From: Octopus sinensis
Taxonomy: Eukaryota
NCBI RefSeq assembly: GCF_006345805.1
Contig: NC_043008.1
Coordinates: forward strand, 23,188,001-23,252,000
DNA: 64,000 bases
Reading direction: 5' to 3'
In this document: positions 13,000 to 27,260 of the stretch, one piece after another
How positions within the stretch are numbered: the first letter of the stretch is position 1
How the letters are laid out: each line of letters opens with the position of its first letter
Notes under the pieces: generated by a model
What the model was told of the DNA's origin: nothing
The model's input: the letters and a program-made list of their open reading frames with translations, nothing else
The model's database searches: none
Translations under genes and position numbers: made by a program

Positions 13000-15035
13000 T
13001 GCAGGTTGAAGGCTATTGTATGTCTACGAGTTCTGCCAAATGCGAGTTTTTTTTCAGATGCATATGTCACAGAGTCACACTTTCCATACCCTTAGAGTTG
13101 GCACACTTAATGTTGGCACATTGAAAGGTAGGTTTGGTGAGATTGTTGAGATGCTTGAACGGAGACATGTAGATCTGTGCTGCATCCAAGAAGTATGGTG
13201 GAGAGGAAGTTCTGCTAGGTTCCTCACAGGCAAAGAACATAGGTATTAGATTTTCTGGGCAGGGAACACTGATGGGGTGTGGGTATACTTCTTGAAATGG
13301 ATTGATAAGGTAATTGAGGTAGTCAGAATCTTAAGCTTAGACTAGTCCTGCAACATGGTTTAGCAACCATTTTTTTGGCTTATGCCCATTAGCCAGGACT
13401 ACATGATGAACAGAAAGACCATTTTTATGACACCCTCTTGCAGACTACCGCATCAACAAATGGCTGGTGACTTCAATGGGCATGTTGGACAACATCCAGG
13501 AAGCTTCCATGGTGTACATGGTGGCTACAGATTTGGCTCCCACAATGAGGAGGGAACCAGGCTACTGGAGTTCTGTGATGCAAATGATCTTCTGATCTGG
13601 TGGACACACTAGTCAAATTGACTACATTCTTGCCAGGAAATGGGAAAGATGGCTACTTATAAATGCCAAGACCTTCCCTGGTGAAGAATGTACCCCACAA
13701 CATAGGTTAGTAGTTAGTGACTACAGGATCAGGGCTAAATGGGCTGCCTAGAAAACAACCAGTGTGGAAAAGAAGGGTCTGGAAGCTTAAAGATCCTGCA
13801 AATGGACAGAGATTTAGAGACATATTACTTGAAGCTTTTGACGAAAAAGTGGAGGATGTAGTATCCCATAATGTGGAGGACAACTGGAGGTTCCTATGGG
13901 ATAACCTGTTGAGGGCTACTGATCAGATCTGTGGATGGTGCAAAGTCCCCTCTCGACCTAAGGTAATGTAGTGGTGGAACAATGTAGATAACAGGGCCAT
14001 TAGGAAAAAGAAACAGGCATGGAAGGACTGGAAGTGTGGTTATAGCAGGGAACTATATTGGATTGCCAAAAGGGAAGCTAGGAGACAGGTTTATTTAGCC
14101 AGAGGAGAAGCAGATAAGAAAAAATTTGCCAATGTTCAGTAACGTGAGGACCAAAGACTTGAAGTGTTTCAAAGTGCAAGATTGTGTGAGAGAGTATCGT
14201 GATGTCATAGGAGAGAAATGTGTCTGCATGGATGATGATGCACTTGCATTTAATGATGCTACAAAGTGAGAGACTTGGAGATGCTACTATGAATGGTTTC
14301 TAAATGAAGAGAATGAATGGGAGAAAGAAAGTCTGCCAATTGTCTACCCAACAGAGAGACCAGCTATCCGAATTGATAGTACCCAGGCAGATAAAGCAAT
14401 TATCAGGAATCACTGCAGAGATGCTTAAAATATCTGGTGGTGTAAGCTATAGTCTAGTCACCCATATAGTCAACCAGGTGATACATGAAGGAGTCATATC
14501 CAATGACTGATGTAGCAGCACCATAGTCAACTGCTACAAAGGAAAAGGTGATGCATTAGATAGGAATAATTACAGAGGTATTAAATTGTTGGATCAGGTG
14601 ATGAAAGTCATAGAGAGGGTCATACTTGAACTAATCAGTTAGTTTAGATGAGATGCAGTTTGGCTTTGTGCCAAGGAGAAGCACCACTGATGCTATATTT
14701 CTGGTAAGACAGCTGCAAGAGAAATTCCTAGCCAAAGATAAACCTCTGTACTTGGCTTTAATTAACATGAAGAAAGCCTTTGACAGGTTCCCCCAATCCA
14801 TTATCTGGTGGTTAATGCGGAAACTAGAATTTCAGGTAGGAGTAGGGGTCCACCAACGTTTGGTCGTCAGCCCCCTCTTATTCATCATAATCTTCTAGGC
14901 AATAACAGAGGAATTCAAGATAGGCTGCTCCTGGGAGCTCCTCTATGCTGATGATTTTGCTTTAATAGCTGAGTCACTACCAGATGAAGAGGAGAGATTT
15001 CAGGTGTGGAAGCAAGGTTTGGAATCAAAGGGCCT
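13000..15035 (+). mobile_element. RTE-clade LINE, family A, degraded and 3'-truncated
   Basis: TLRVGTLNVGTLKGR, AGDFNGHVG, QFGF and LLYADD remnants. Colinear with 1-2345 and cut off abruptly at about 15035. Confidence 0.9.
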
Positions 15036-15528
15036 TTGCCGATCTTTATATTGACCAGTCTCCGAGTATAACTTCCACGCTTGCACACAAGCTGTTTTAC
15101 TGCACTTTAGTTGCTTGCTGATATCCGAAAAGGAAACTTTTGCTGGTGGAGTAATACGATTTTTGCTCTCTTGACAGGACTTAAGCTTCGTTGTTTTCCC
15201 ATTATTAATCAATTGTATAATAACGTTAAATTATAATATTATATAGTGCATTTAGGCTAGTTGTGTGACCACCCATTTTGGCAAAAAATTTGCATACATA
15301 TTGCATGGTCTTAAACTAATTTTGCAGGTAAATTTGAAACATTTATATTAATTTAGCATTAGAATTCTTCAAGTTGTATAAAAATAGTTATTGTCTGCAT
15401 CATTCGAAAGAGAAATAATCTATGCATAAGATGTAAACGATAAAAATAATTTGTCTGGTGTTATTAACAAAATATTTTGTAAGAAATAGAACTTTTATCA
15501 TCGGTCTTAAATTTATTTTCACCAGCCA

Positions 15529-15531
<3 letters not shown>
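15036..15531 (-). mobile_element. Tc1-like transposon 5' fragment (TIR plus HTH)
   Basis: The minus strand starts TA|CACTGgctggtg inside a (TA)n tract. ORF 15000-15212 carries a Tc1-type HTH (SFSDISKQLKCSKTACVQAWKLYSETGQYKDR.R). Confidence 0.7.
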
Positions 15532-15591
<60 letters not shown>

Positions 15592-17346
15592 GCACATACA
15601 CACACACGTTTGCACATGCATAAAGAATACACATATACAAGTATAGACTTAAAGAGTAGTAAAGAAAGAAAAAAGGGACAAAAATGAAAACTATACTATT
15701 TCAGTCAGACATCAAACAAATAAAAAAAAACTAAAGGTACCCATGAAAAATGTTGACCTTGGAACTCAAGTGCTTATCAATATAGAATTTAAACAAAAAT
15801 GAAATTGATCTATTATCAAAGTGATTCAAATTTACTTCTATATCAATCTGAAATATACCCAAATTTAAAGTAGATTCAGAACTTCGACTGAAATTACCTA
15901 GAGGAAATTTTCTAAAACAGGAATGTAGATAATGATTCTTTTGTCAGGAATAAACCAACTTCACCATATATGAAAGAAGAAGTGAACATTAGGATATGTT
16001 TATTGACACAATACCAAAGTTTCCTATTAATACTCATATTAGGTGCTTTCTATGTGACACCGGCACCAGTAGTATCAACAAGTAGCAGGTGAGAGAGGGA
16101 GTGGGACCAAGGGAAGTGGTTGTGTGCCAGGTGAAAGTTTAGAGTATAATAGAGATATAGAATTAGTTGTCTTACTATTGAGGAGACAGCTACCCCAATA
16201 GGACAAGAAAGGAGAGGAAGGTGGGAAAGAGTTAAAGAGAGAGTTAGAGAGATTGTCTGAGTGAGAGAGAGAGAGAAATAGATGGTGTCAGAGATGTATT
16301 GGTGGCTACCCATAGTGGGAAGGAGGTATAAGTAATACAGAAAGGATAGAGCAGAATGTTCTACAAGAGTGTGAGGGAAGATATTTAGAGATGAGGAAGA
16401 TATGACTGTAGCAAATGAAGGCAAGATAAATTGGAGTGACTGGAAGGGGAGCATGGTAGATATGTGAGGACATTGAGAGAGTATAAATAGGTACATGAGA
16501 AAGAGTGGGCCTGCAGGTATTGGTAGGGATGCTGGGAAGATGGATTGTGGGGGAGTTTTGAGAGCCCTGTGAGACTCAACATCTGAAGATCATCTCAACA
16601 CTTTGTCCTATGTCTTCTTGGGTCTACCCCTTTCATAGATTCTCTCCACAATTAGAGATTGCAATTCTTTATGCAGTTGTCCTTTTCCATATGCATCTTA
16701 CAACCGTACTTCTTGCACACTACATCTGATGCCTTGTATAGCCAATTTTTTTCTTAACTCATTTACACTCTGTCATTACCTATCCTGTGAAGTATGCTGA
16801 CTTCATTTCTTTCAAGACTTTGCACATCCTCTGTAGTCACAGTCAATGTTTCACTGCCCTGTAGCATAGCTGTTTGTACACATACACTCTGCCTTTCACT
16901 GAGAGAGAGGTCCTTTGTTACCAACAAAAGTAGTAGCTCTCTTAACTTTGCCCAGCTCATTCTTATTCTAGCAACAATGCGTTCAGAGCATTCTCCTCCA
17001 CTACTAACTTGATCACCTAGGTAGTGGAAGTTATCCACTACTTATAAGAATCTCCATCAACATTTGAGGAAATCTATTTTCTGTACATTCTTAGTGTTTA
17101 TTGTACCTGCACATTTGCCACACACAGAGGCTACTTTTTCTGTTAACTCTCCAGTGATACCACTGCACCTCTTAAGTGTCAATAACTTATACTAGGTACT
17201 CTGAATGTAATTTCTAAATATTGTGCAGGACCATCTCCTGAAGTGATTAGTCATTTATCTGTTTTCCTACTTACTCAAGACTTTGGTCTTTGCTAAATTA
17301 ATACTAAGCCCCTTTGATTACAGACCTTGCTCCCACATCATCATCA

Positions 17347-18840
17347 TCATTGTTCGACCGTGGTCGAGACAATGGAATTTACCATGCTATGCCAGACTTT
17401 ACGGTCCATCATGGCATTACGGAGGTCCTGTTGCTGGATGCCTGTATCCCTGGAGATTACATCAGGGTAGGAGAGGGTGCGCCCTCTGGTATTGCGAGTA
17501 GATGGCTTCCAGTGGAGAAGAATAGAAATTACCTCTTTTTCAGCTCTACAACAATGTCCAGCAAACTGGACTCTCTTACCTTTCACAAGAGATGACACAG
17601 GTGGTAGTTTCCCATATATTTGCATTTTGGTTGGATGGCGCTTCCACGAAAGATTTTGAGCTCTCATAAGGAGGCGAGTGTAGGTTCCATCCAACCGCCT
17701 ATCAAGCTTCTTTGATAACGTCCAGGTTTCTGAGCCATATAGTAGAATTGGTTCGACTGTGGCTTTGAAGATTTCAAGTTTGAAGTCTCTACTTAGATTT
17801 GATGACCAGATCTTATGCATGTCATTACAGGCTGACCAGGCCATACCCTTTCTAGTTAGAAAGTCTTTTCCAGATGATATGTATGACCCAAGATATTTGT
17901 AATCAGAAACCATATTTAAGGGCGCATTGTTGAGAGTATGGATGATGCAATCACTGTTGGACAGGCACTTGTTTATGTATTCAGTCTTGGCCTCATTGAG
18001 GTAAAGACCTACACAATTTGAGGCTTGTTCGAGAGATTGTAAAAGAGACTGGGCATTGGAGAGAGAATCACTGATAAGAGCGATGTCGTCAGCAAAGTCA
18101 GTGTCTGTCAAGTACTCAGCTGGGTGTCTGGAACTTCTTCTTGGTTTTATTTCAAAGCCCTTGCCAGAGATGGTATCAACTGACACACGTAGCACATAAT
18201 CAACAATGATGAAAAAAAATGGGGCAAGTGCGTCTCCCTGCAGTATTCCGGCTTTGATTGAGAAAGATGATGTTTCTCCATCAGGGGTTAAGATGGTTGA
18301 AGACGTATCTGTGTAGAGGGCCTTGATGGCGGAAATGATTTTGTCTGGTATCCCATAGAGGATTTCAAACATCTTGTACCTATCTACAGAATCGAACGTT
18401 TTAGAAAAGTCTACAAATACCATTGCAAGATCGCGATTAAATGCTTTTGATTCTTCAATAAGTCTGCGTAGGCATAGTATCTGGCTCAGCGTTGAGCGCC
18501 CATTTCTGAATCCATTTTGGTTCTTTCGGAGCAAAGGTTCAACAAAAAGGACAAGACGATTTAGGATCAGTTTGTTGTACAGTTTTGCAGCAATTGACAT
18601 TAGAGATATACCCATGTAGTTGGTGACGAGGGATAAATTGGCTTTTTTGGGTATTTGGATGATTTGAGATTGGTGCCAAATCTTTGGAGCGACAAAGGTG
18701 GAAAGTGTGTGGTTGCAGAGGTTGAGCAAAAGTGTGTGAAATCTATCATCCTTCCAAATTATAGCTGGGATGTTGTCGGGACCAAATGCTTTCGAGGCTT
18801 TTAGTTGCTTGGTGGCTGCTGTTAGTTCAAATATGGTAAA
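17347..18840 (-). pseudogene. Reverse-transcriptase half of the family B LINE ORF
   Basis: QNGFR, FVDFSK.FDSV, GILQGD.LAP, FADDIAL, YKYLGS and LLYGSETW. The frame stays open upstream of the annotated start as far as the homopolymer run (FTIFELTAATKQLKASKAFGPDNIP). Confidence 0.88.
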
Positions 18841-20387
18841 AAGGGGGGGGTGTTGATGTCCAGCGTGTCTGATATAGGCACACTTGGAAGAGTGGGGTTA
18901 TCAGGGATTTTGGCATTCTTCCCAAGGAGGTTTTTAAAATGGGTTGACCAATTTTCTAAACGCTTCTTAGCTGATCCCCCTTTAATTCTAATTGATGACC
19001 CAGAATTTTTGCCTGATAGGTCTTTGATGGATTTCCAGGCGAGGTGGTGTTTTTTACTAATGTGCTCTTTGGATAGTTTACTAATTTTGCCATTGATAAA
19101 GTCAACCTCGGCGTTCAAGTAAGCCTCATCAAGATTCTTCTTGACAGCTATGAGTTGGATCTTCAGTGACTGGGATGGAGAATGGTGGTAAGCTAGTGAT
19201 ATAGACTTTAGATGGTTTCTGGCTTTGATGACATTTGGGGAATTAGAAGGTTTGCTCTGGCCCCATCTCTTCTTTTTGGGAAGAGTAGCCAGTGCAACTT
19301 CCTCTGTTAATTTGATGAGGCTGCTGTATACTTCTTCAATGTTCTCAGCATCTATTTCAGAAGTAGACAAAGATTGAAATGTGTTATAGACCTCAATAGT
19401 AAATTGTTTGGACATATCAGGGTTAGATAAGACTTCCTCCCAGTCGATCGTTTTCATTGGGTGAGGCTTAGCTTTTTTGGATGAGCGAAGACTAAGCTTA
19501 ACGGTAGCTGATACAATTCTGTGGTCAGAGCCAACAGAACTAAAGGAAGAGTAAGATCTCGAGTTTTTAACACTATTGCGCCACTTCTTTCGAAAGATGA
19601 GGTAGTCAATTTGTGCCCTATCACCAAGTGGGGACCCAAATGTCCAAAGTTGACCTTTTGGTTTCATAAAAGAATTGTTGGAGGTGTAGAGATTAAATTC
19701 CTCCAAGAAGTCTTTGAGCATTTCTCCGTTCCGATTAGTTTTAGAGTTGAAAGTAAACTTGGTCTCATCGGGTCCTAGTCTAGCATTCAGATAACCAGCT
19801 ATAACTAGAAAATTATGGAGAGGTACTTGCTCAATGGTTGAACGAAGGGTTGTATAAAAACTCTCAATCTCATCTGCCACAGACGAATTATGTGGGCTAT
19901 ACACACATACCAATGTTGTTTTGGGGTTTCCATCTATCTCAAGCACCATAATTCTAGGTGAGATTGACTCTATACTCAAGAGAGTATCACTGGCTTTTGA
20001 TGAAAGTAGAAATCCGGTACCTCCAACTGTTGAATTAACAGTATTCTTTGATGCTGAGGAGGTTACAAGTTGATAAGAACCGACTTGATGGTATTTGAGG
20101 ATGTTGTCAAGGTGGTAAAATCGGTGTTCTTGGACAGCTATTATATCAATGCCATGTGATTCTGCATTTGCACCAAGTTCTTCTAGACAGCCAAGAGAGC
20201 CGAGGGTGTGGGCATTGAAGGTGCTGAGTATCGTATGATTTTTACAGCTGATGAGGTGTTTGTTTGGTGTTGTTTGGTTGGGGGCTGACTCTTCTCCATC
20301 AGGTGATACCCGTCTGTTAAGATTAAGGGCATCACCGTCAATGGATGCCCTTGGAGGTGCAACGTGATCAGAGACAGGACCCAGCAA
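18822..20387 (-). pseudogene. APE endonuclease half of the family B LINE ORF (521 aa)
   Basis: STFN, IIAVQEH, VYSP, G.LNA, QIDY and SDH motifs. The frame ends just after a C8/T5 homopolymer run at about 18838-18850. Confidence 0.85.
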
Positions 20388-22749
20388 AGCAGGGTCTGGA
20401 CCTACATCCGCAGGTATACCATTAGGTCTGGTTCCCTAGGGAAGAGGAACCCTGGTGCAGTTAATTGTAAATTCCATAGTCTTTGCTCCCACACCTGAAA
20501 TTTCTTCTCTAGTTCTGGTAGTGATTCAGCTATAAGAACAAGACCATCAGTATAAAGGAGCTCCAAGAGCAGCCAGTCTTAAATTCCTCTGTTATGGCCT
20601 GAAGGGCTATGATAAATAAAAGAGAGTTGAGAACTGATCTTTGGTAAACTCCTTCCTCTACACTAAATTTATTGCTATACTCATTGCCAACTTTCACCTT
20701 ACTGGCAGCATCCCTGTACATGGCTTGTACAGCTCTCACTAACTGCTCCTCTAACCCTAATTTCCACATTGACTACCAGATAAGGGATTGGGGTACCTTG
20801 TCAAATGCTTCTCCTTGGCTAAATGCTTCTCCTGCAGTTGCTTTACTAGGAAGATCTATCTAGGAAGTGCTATCACAAGTGCTATCTAGGAAGTGCTATC
20901 ACAAAACTAAACTGCATTTCATCTAGGCTAACTCTCTTCCAAATTAGTTGAATTATGACCCTTTCTGTAACTTTCATCACCTGGCACAGCAATCTGATAC
21001 TTGTCTCAGGTGTCACCTTTCAGACTAAAGTATTACCTTTAACTCTGTAGCAGCTGATTATAATGCTGCTACACAAATGATTGGGTTTGACTCCTTCATG
21101 GACAACCTAATTAACTATATTGGTGACTAAGCCATATCCCACTCTGCCAGATATTTTTAAGCATCTCAGCAGTGATTCTTGGTGGGTCAGGACATTCCCT
21201 GTGTTCATATCCTTAATTGCTTTATCTAACAAGCTACTGTCTATTCAGATTGCTAGTCCCTCTGTTGCATCCACATTAAGCAGACACTCCTTCCCTCCAT
21301 GCATTCTCTACATTCATCAGCCTTTCATAGTGACACTTCCAAGCATCTTTATTTGAAGAATCACTAACTTCAAGTGAACCATCATCCATGCAAACACACT
21401 TCTCACCTACAACATCACAATTTTCCCTGACATACTGTCTTGCAATCTGAAATACCTTAAGTCTCTAGGCCTCATGCCATAGAACATTGGAAAACTTCCT
21501 CCTTTCTGCTTCTCCCCTAGCTAAATATACCTATCTTCCAGCTTCACTTTTAGCTACCTGATATAATTCCCTGCTACCACTACTCTTCTGATCCTTCAAG
21601 GATTCTGTTTCTTTGCTTTAATGGTTTTGTCTGCTACACAGTTCCACCACCATGTCACCCTAGGTCTGGATGGGACTTTGCACCAGCCACAAATTCGGTC
21701 TGTGAGCCTCATAAATTGTCATGTAGGAATTTCCAGTTGTTCTCTATGTTACATGTCACCATCTCCACCTCCTCCTCATCAGACGCTTCAATTAGAACAT
21801 TTCTAAATCTCTGACTACTCAGAGGATTCTTAAGCTTCCACATCATTTTTTTCCCAAACTGCTTGCTTCTTGACATCCTTGAAGCCGGAGATCTGAAGTC
21901 ACTAACAACTAACCTATATTGAGGAGTGCACTCTTCACCTGGAAAGGGATTTGCATTTATAAGCAACCATCTTTCCTGCTTTCTGGTGAGAATGTAGTCA
22001 ATCTGGCTTGTGTGGCCACTCGATTGATAGGTGAACAGGTGTCTGGCTAGTTTCCTGAAATTACTATTGCAGATCATAAGGTCATTTGCATCACTGAAAA
22101 CCAGTAGCCTAGTTCCCTCCTCATTTAGGGAACTCTCTCTACAGTCTCCATGCACAAACCATGAAAGTCAACCAGATATTGTCTAGCATGCCCAACATGC
22201 CAACATTGTCAGTTATGAAGAGAAGTTAACTGTCATTTGTCAATGAAGTAGTCTACAAAAGGGTGTCATAAAAGCAATCTTTCTATTTGTCTGTCAGCTC
22301 TGGTTGAGGAGCATAGGCAGAAATAATAACTGATGTTCTACTTTGCAAAACTAGTCTAAGCATAAGTATTTGATCACACAATCTAACTTGATTGCTTTAT
22401 CAAACCATTCTACAACAAAAAGTATGCTCACGTCACTAACCCAATCACTAATGCCTACCCAGAAGATTTTATACACATGTTCTTTGCTTGTAAGAAATCT
22501 GGTAGAAGCTCACCTCCACCTTACTTCTTGTGCAACACACTTTCATTCCAGCATCTCAAATAATCTCACCAGATGTACTTTTCAATATACTCGCATTGAG
22601 TGTGCCAACTCTAAGAGTGAGGAAAGGGTGGCAAGAGAGAACAGGAGTATGGAGGTCAACATTCTGCAACTGAAAAATAGGTTTGCATGGACATTTGCCA
22701 ACAGATATATCATATAGGTTCATATAATTTTCAAATAAGTTTCATCCTA

Positions 22750-23479
22750 AAGAATCTTATCCTGCTAGTCAAGAAAGAGAGTGAGAAATTTGGGCTGTAC
22801 CTCAATGTCAAGAAAACGAAGATCATGTCAACAGCAGCCACAACAAACAACATCAAGATGATAATGAAGAGATTGAAGTGGCTGATGATTTCATATTCCT
22901 AGGCTCCAAAATAAATCGAGATGGTAATTGCACTCCAGAAATAAGGCAGCGGATAGTGCTAGGCAGAGAGGCAATGGTCAGCATGAGCAAAGTCTGGAAG
23001 AGTAGAGACATCAGACTCGCTACCAAATGCAGATTGGTGAATGCAATTGTCTTCCCAATAGCAACATATGGATGCGAGACCTGGACACTAAAGAAAGCTG
23101 ACCAGAAGAGAATTAATGCATTTGAGCTTTGGTGCTGGAGAAGACTTTTACAGATTCCATGGATAGCGAAGCTCACCAAATGGAGAGGTTTTTAAGCAGA
23201 TCAAGCCAAAACTGTCACTAGAAGCTGGGACCACCAAGCATAGATTGGCATATTTCGGTCATATTATGCGGAGAAAATCCCAAGAGAAGGACATCCTACT
23301 CAGAATGGTCAGTGGCAAGAGAGGAAGAGGCCGACCAAGAACCCGCTGGCTTGACACCATCAAGAGTGACACGGGAATGGACATAGCCAATCTGAAAGAA
23401 GTGACCAGAACTGGCTGGAAGACACTGATCCATCGAGTAACCAAGAGTCAACTTCGACTGAGCGGATAGATAGATAGAT
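22750..23479 (+). mobile_element. BovB-like RTE 3' fragment (family C)
   Basis: GLYLNVKKTKIM, FIFLGSKI, YGCETWT, AFELWCWRRLL, YFGHIMRR and RGRPRTRWLD. (GATA)n tail. Confidence 0.85.
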
Positions 23480-23871
23480 AATATTTTTATTGATCTTTAG
23501 CAGAAGTAACAGAATAACTCAAGAGAAATAAAGAGAGATAAAAAGAAAATCTTGTGCATGTCACCACACATGCACACACACACACTCACATATACACACA
23601 CATATATACATACACATACCAAAAAACTCATAAATTTTGCACATATACACTCTATATGTATATATATGTATGAGAAATCTGTGGAGGTTTTTTTGGTGTG
23701 TGTGTGAGTATATTGAGTGTGAGTGTGTGTGCATGTGTGATAACGCACACAAGATTTCTTTCTTTTTATCTCTATTTCTTTACTTATTTATCTATGTATT
23801 TGCTTACTGAACGACATAACAGTCAAACTATTTGAATTATCCACATGACATTATGAATCATTCTGGAACAA

Positions 23872-24022
23872 TTTCAGTTTCCATCTACCAAACCCACTCA
23901 CAAGGCTTTGGTTGGCCTGAGGCTATAGTAGAAGACACTTGCCCAAGGTGCCATGCAGTGGGACTGAACTCGGAACCATGTGGTTTGTTAGTAAGCTACT
24001 TACCACACAGCTACTCCTGTGC
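23872..24022 (-). mobile_element. tRNA-derived SINE, 5' part
   Basis: Reverse complement of the head and core of the SINE at 40592. Confidence 0.8.
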
Positions 24023-24402
24023 TTATAATTATTTAGACTTTACAATTTTTCCAGTAAATGGTATATTAAAGTTAATTTTTTTCTCACAGCTAAAATACAT
24101 TTGTAATTTTAATAGCTTAAATACATATTTCCTCTATTTACGCCATATTTTCACATGATATATTTCTTATAAATGTTAAGTTCTATGTATTGCATTAAAA
24201 TTTTTAGTTAACAGAAATCCTTTGATAAGATAAGTTATGTTTTTATTTTAAGAAACTCCCAGAATAAAAATGTAAACACCTGAAAGAAAAACTTTCCTTC
24301 TATTCATTACTAAGTGTCTTTCCCTCTTCGTTGTTAAAAGTAAAGAAGCTAGAAAACATCAATTGTATTTCAGTCCTTTTTTCTATGGTTAAGAGAATGA
24401 AG

Positions 24403-24720
24403 GTGTGTGGTTCAGTGGTTTGGGGTATTTGGCCCACGTTCATAAAGTCATGAGTACGATTCCCTGTGTTGCACTGTGTTCTTGAGTGAGGTACTCTACT
24501 TCACCTTGCTGTAGTTCACTCAGCTGGCAATAATAAGTTGTAGGTGTAATTCAAAGGGGCCAGCCTTATCTCATTCTGTGTGAGACTGAATCTCCTTGAG
24601 AGCTACCTTATGGTATGCATGTCTGTGGAGTACTCAGCTACTTGCACATTAATTTTACGAGCAGACTGTTCCATTTATCAGATAAACAGGAACCTCGTTG
24701 TCATAATCGATGGAGTGCCA
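24403..24720 (+). mobile_element. Second SINE family (tRNA-like head), with a partial duplicate at ~25000-25150
   Basis: A-box-like tggttcagtggtt and B-box-like gagtacgattccc. The body recurs at 25000-25150 (ccagccttg...attctgtgtgag..tgaatctccctgagaactac). Confidence 0.55.
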
Positions 24721-27260
24721 TTTTTTAAAAAGAGTGAAAAAAAAGGAAATGTTCTATATTAGGCAAAAACATTGTGTTTAGTATAAGCAGTGAAAGCTAA
24801 GACGAAAAAATAGCTTTTCTGTCCTCAACTCATGCTCAGTTTGATAACAACAGCCTGTGCATCAGTGTTTATGTGAGACCCACAAATGCTGCAGTTAGGA
24901 CTGGATTAACACTCATAATGATCCTGATGACTAAAAAGATTTTCCTGCTCCTATATAGGATATTTTTTCGTTTTCTTCCAACCACTTGAAGGCTTATCTT
25001 GCTCCAGTCCACTAAGCTGGCCAAAATGAGTTGTGGCTGTAATTGAAAGGGGTCAGCCTTGTTATATTCTGTGTGAGGTTGAATCTCCCTGAGAACTACG
25101 TTAATGATATGCATATCTGTGGAGTACTCGGCCACTTGCGAGTTAATTTTATCCTCTGTGGTAATGAAAAGTGAAAGTGACTTCCAATATTTGTTGCAGT
25201 TGTCTTTGATTTAACATCATGTCTATGTATTTGTGAATCAACTTTTCTTTCGATCATGTATCTTCTATCTCTCTCAATCTCATTCTCTCTCACTTCCTCT
25301 GTGTCCCTCCTCTCTCCTGATTTTAATTTAACAATATGTGTATGTATCTATGTATCAACTTTTCTTTCGACCTATGTATCTACTTTTCGACCTATGTATC
25401 TACTTTTCTTAAATATTTAAAACCACAAAAATGCTATAACCACTCACTGTCTCTTTGTCTTTCTCTCTTACTTCCTTTCTGAAACATTTAAAAACGAACG
25501 CTATCACCATTCTCTCTCTTCTCTCCTACTCTCTTGATTTCTCATTCTCTCTCTTTCTCTCTGTCCTTCTCTCTCTTGCTTTGCCATGCACTTCTTCCTT
25601 TGAAGTAAGCATGACACAGACCACAAAAGAACAAGTTGGTGTATTAATATTATTGATAAATTTGTTGTTATTATTATTATTCATACCAATCACATATTTA
25701 GTATCTACAGATTTATACCTATACTTATTAATAATATGTTCATCATCAATGCTTAATTTTCTGCCTATTGCATTTATATCATTATTTCTTCTTTTATTTA
25801 GCTAAGTTTGAAAAATTGTTTAATATATTTCTATCTAGATTTTTAGTTTTATTATACTCCCTATTAATTTCCAACTTATGCAAAATCCTATCATTTCCAG
25901 GAATTTTATTATTATTATGATTCTGGATATAGTAAATTTTATCTTTATATCCAGCTTCAAATAAAGTGTGGTTATAGTAATTTTCATTTTGTTTAAATAC
26001 ATCCTCATTAACTGAAAGTCTTGAAATGTGAGTAGATATGTTTTTAATGATAGAATTTATTATTCTCCTTGGATGATCTGAATTTTTATTTATATACCTT
26101 AGGCTTATGATAAAGTTGATCTGAATTTTTATTTACATGCATTAGGCTTATGATAAGGTTGGTATAGCTCATTACATAAATCAAGTGTAACATCAAGGAA
26201 GTTAACGCTATTCTAGTGGTAGAAAGAATAAGACACTTAAAGAATTTGAAAAGTTATTTTCTGGACTTTTCTAAATTAACCATATTAAATCTACCCATCT
26301 ACGATGGAGGTATAAAATGAGGGAGGGAAGTCATAACAGCAGTATGTATTGAGAAATGTGCAAATGGACTTGATAGATTACTGGGTGATGTCTTAAAGAA
26401 ATCACATTATTGTTGGTGATACAGCATTCTATTGCAGCTATATGACATGTGTTTGCGACTAAGTAACCTGTGATGACATTTCTCTCCTGAACTGAAATAG
26501 GTTCCCAACCTCTGTATCATGAATGGTTATGTGGACCACTCCTAGCAAAAGCCAGAGCTTCCTTTGACCACTACATAAAAAGTATTAAGAAAAAAATGTT
26601 ATTTAGTTATACTTTTATTTTAGTTGTTTACACTATTTTATGCTTGTTTATACTCTTATACATTCAAAGTTCATAAATTTTCTTATTTAAATTATGAATT
26701 ATATTCCTTTTGATAATATCAATATGATTACAAAACTTCTTTTTAGACAATATTTTCTGTTTGGTCGACACTAATTTTCAAATTACTGGAGTGATTGGCC
26801 ATGTGTAAACATTGGAGAGGTTAAAAATACACTTACATGATCTAATGTCTGGCCCTGTGCCTTGTTTGCTGTGAATGTGTGAGTGGAATCTTTAGGGTTG
26901 CAAAAAATCAAACTAAGACTTACCTCTCACTGTTCTATGCGAATAATGTCAGGCTTATTTTAATTGACAAAACTGAGATGTAAACAGCAGCCGCTTCGAT
27001 TAGCTGTTTTGAATCCTGCTTGAGACTGACTCGCTTCAATAACCACTAAATAATCACACACTAAATACTGACACACACTTTTTCCATTTTATTTTTGCTA
27101 TTAACTGTCCTTGTGACATTCTTCATATCTACGATGAGGCCACGAACTATATGATGAAAATCCAGAGTTACTTGAGGTTCATGAATTTTTAATAAAAATG
27201 TGAATCAAAAATCGATATCCATGAAATAGTCATACTTTCTGATTTTTTAATGCTAAAAAC

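Larger units (their letters stand above)
17338..20482 (-). mobile_element. Nested near-full-length RTE-group LINE, family B, with 11-bp TSD
   Basis: TTGCTCCCACA at 17327-17337 and at 20483-20493. (GAT)n tail at 17338-17350. APE and RT ORFs are almost continuous. Confidence 0.93.
16590..22640 (-). mobile_element. RTE-clade LINE, family A-related, degraded, split by a nested LINE
   Basis: Minus-strand APE remnants (21709-22155) and RT remnants (20530-20769). The C-terminal part lies at 16763-17038. The two halves rejoin across the insertion at 17338-20482. Confidence 0.85.

Noticed and set aside
16050-16582. 148-aa and 65-aa minus-strand ORFs
   Set aside because: Purine-rich low-complexity sequence gives hydrophobic spurious ORFs, with no splice or motif support.
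27140-27240. Possible hammerhead (tat-ATGATGA...GAAA-ta-GTC-atac) next to a PLE fragment
   Set aside because: The core is mutated and no convincing stem II or III forms. Too degenerate to support.
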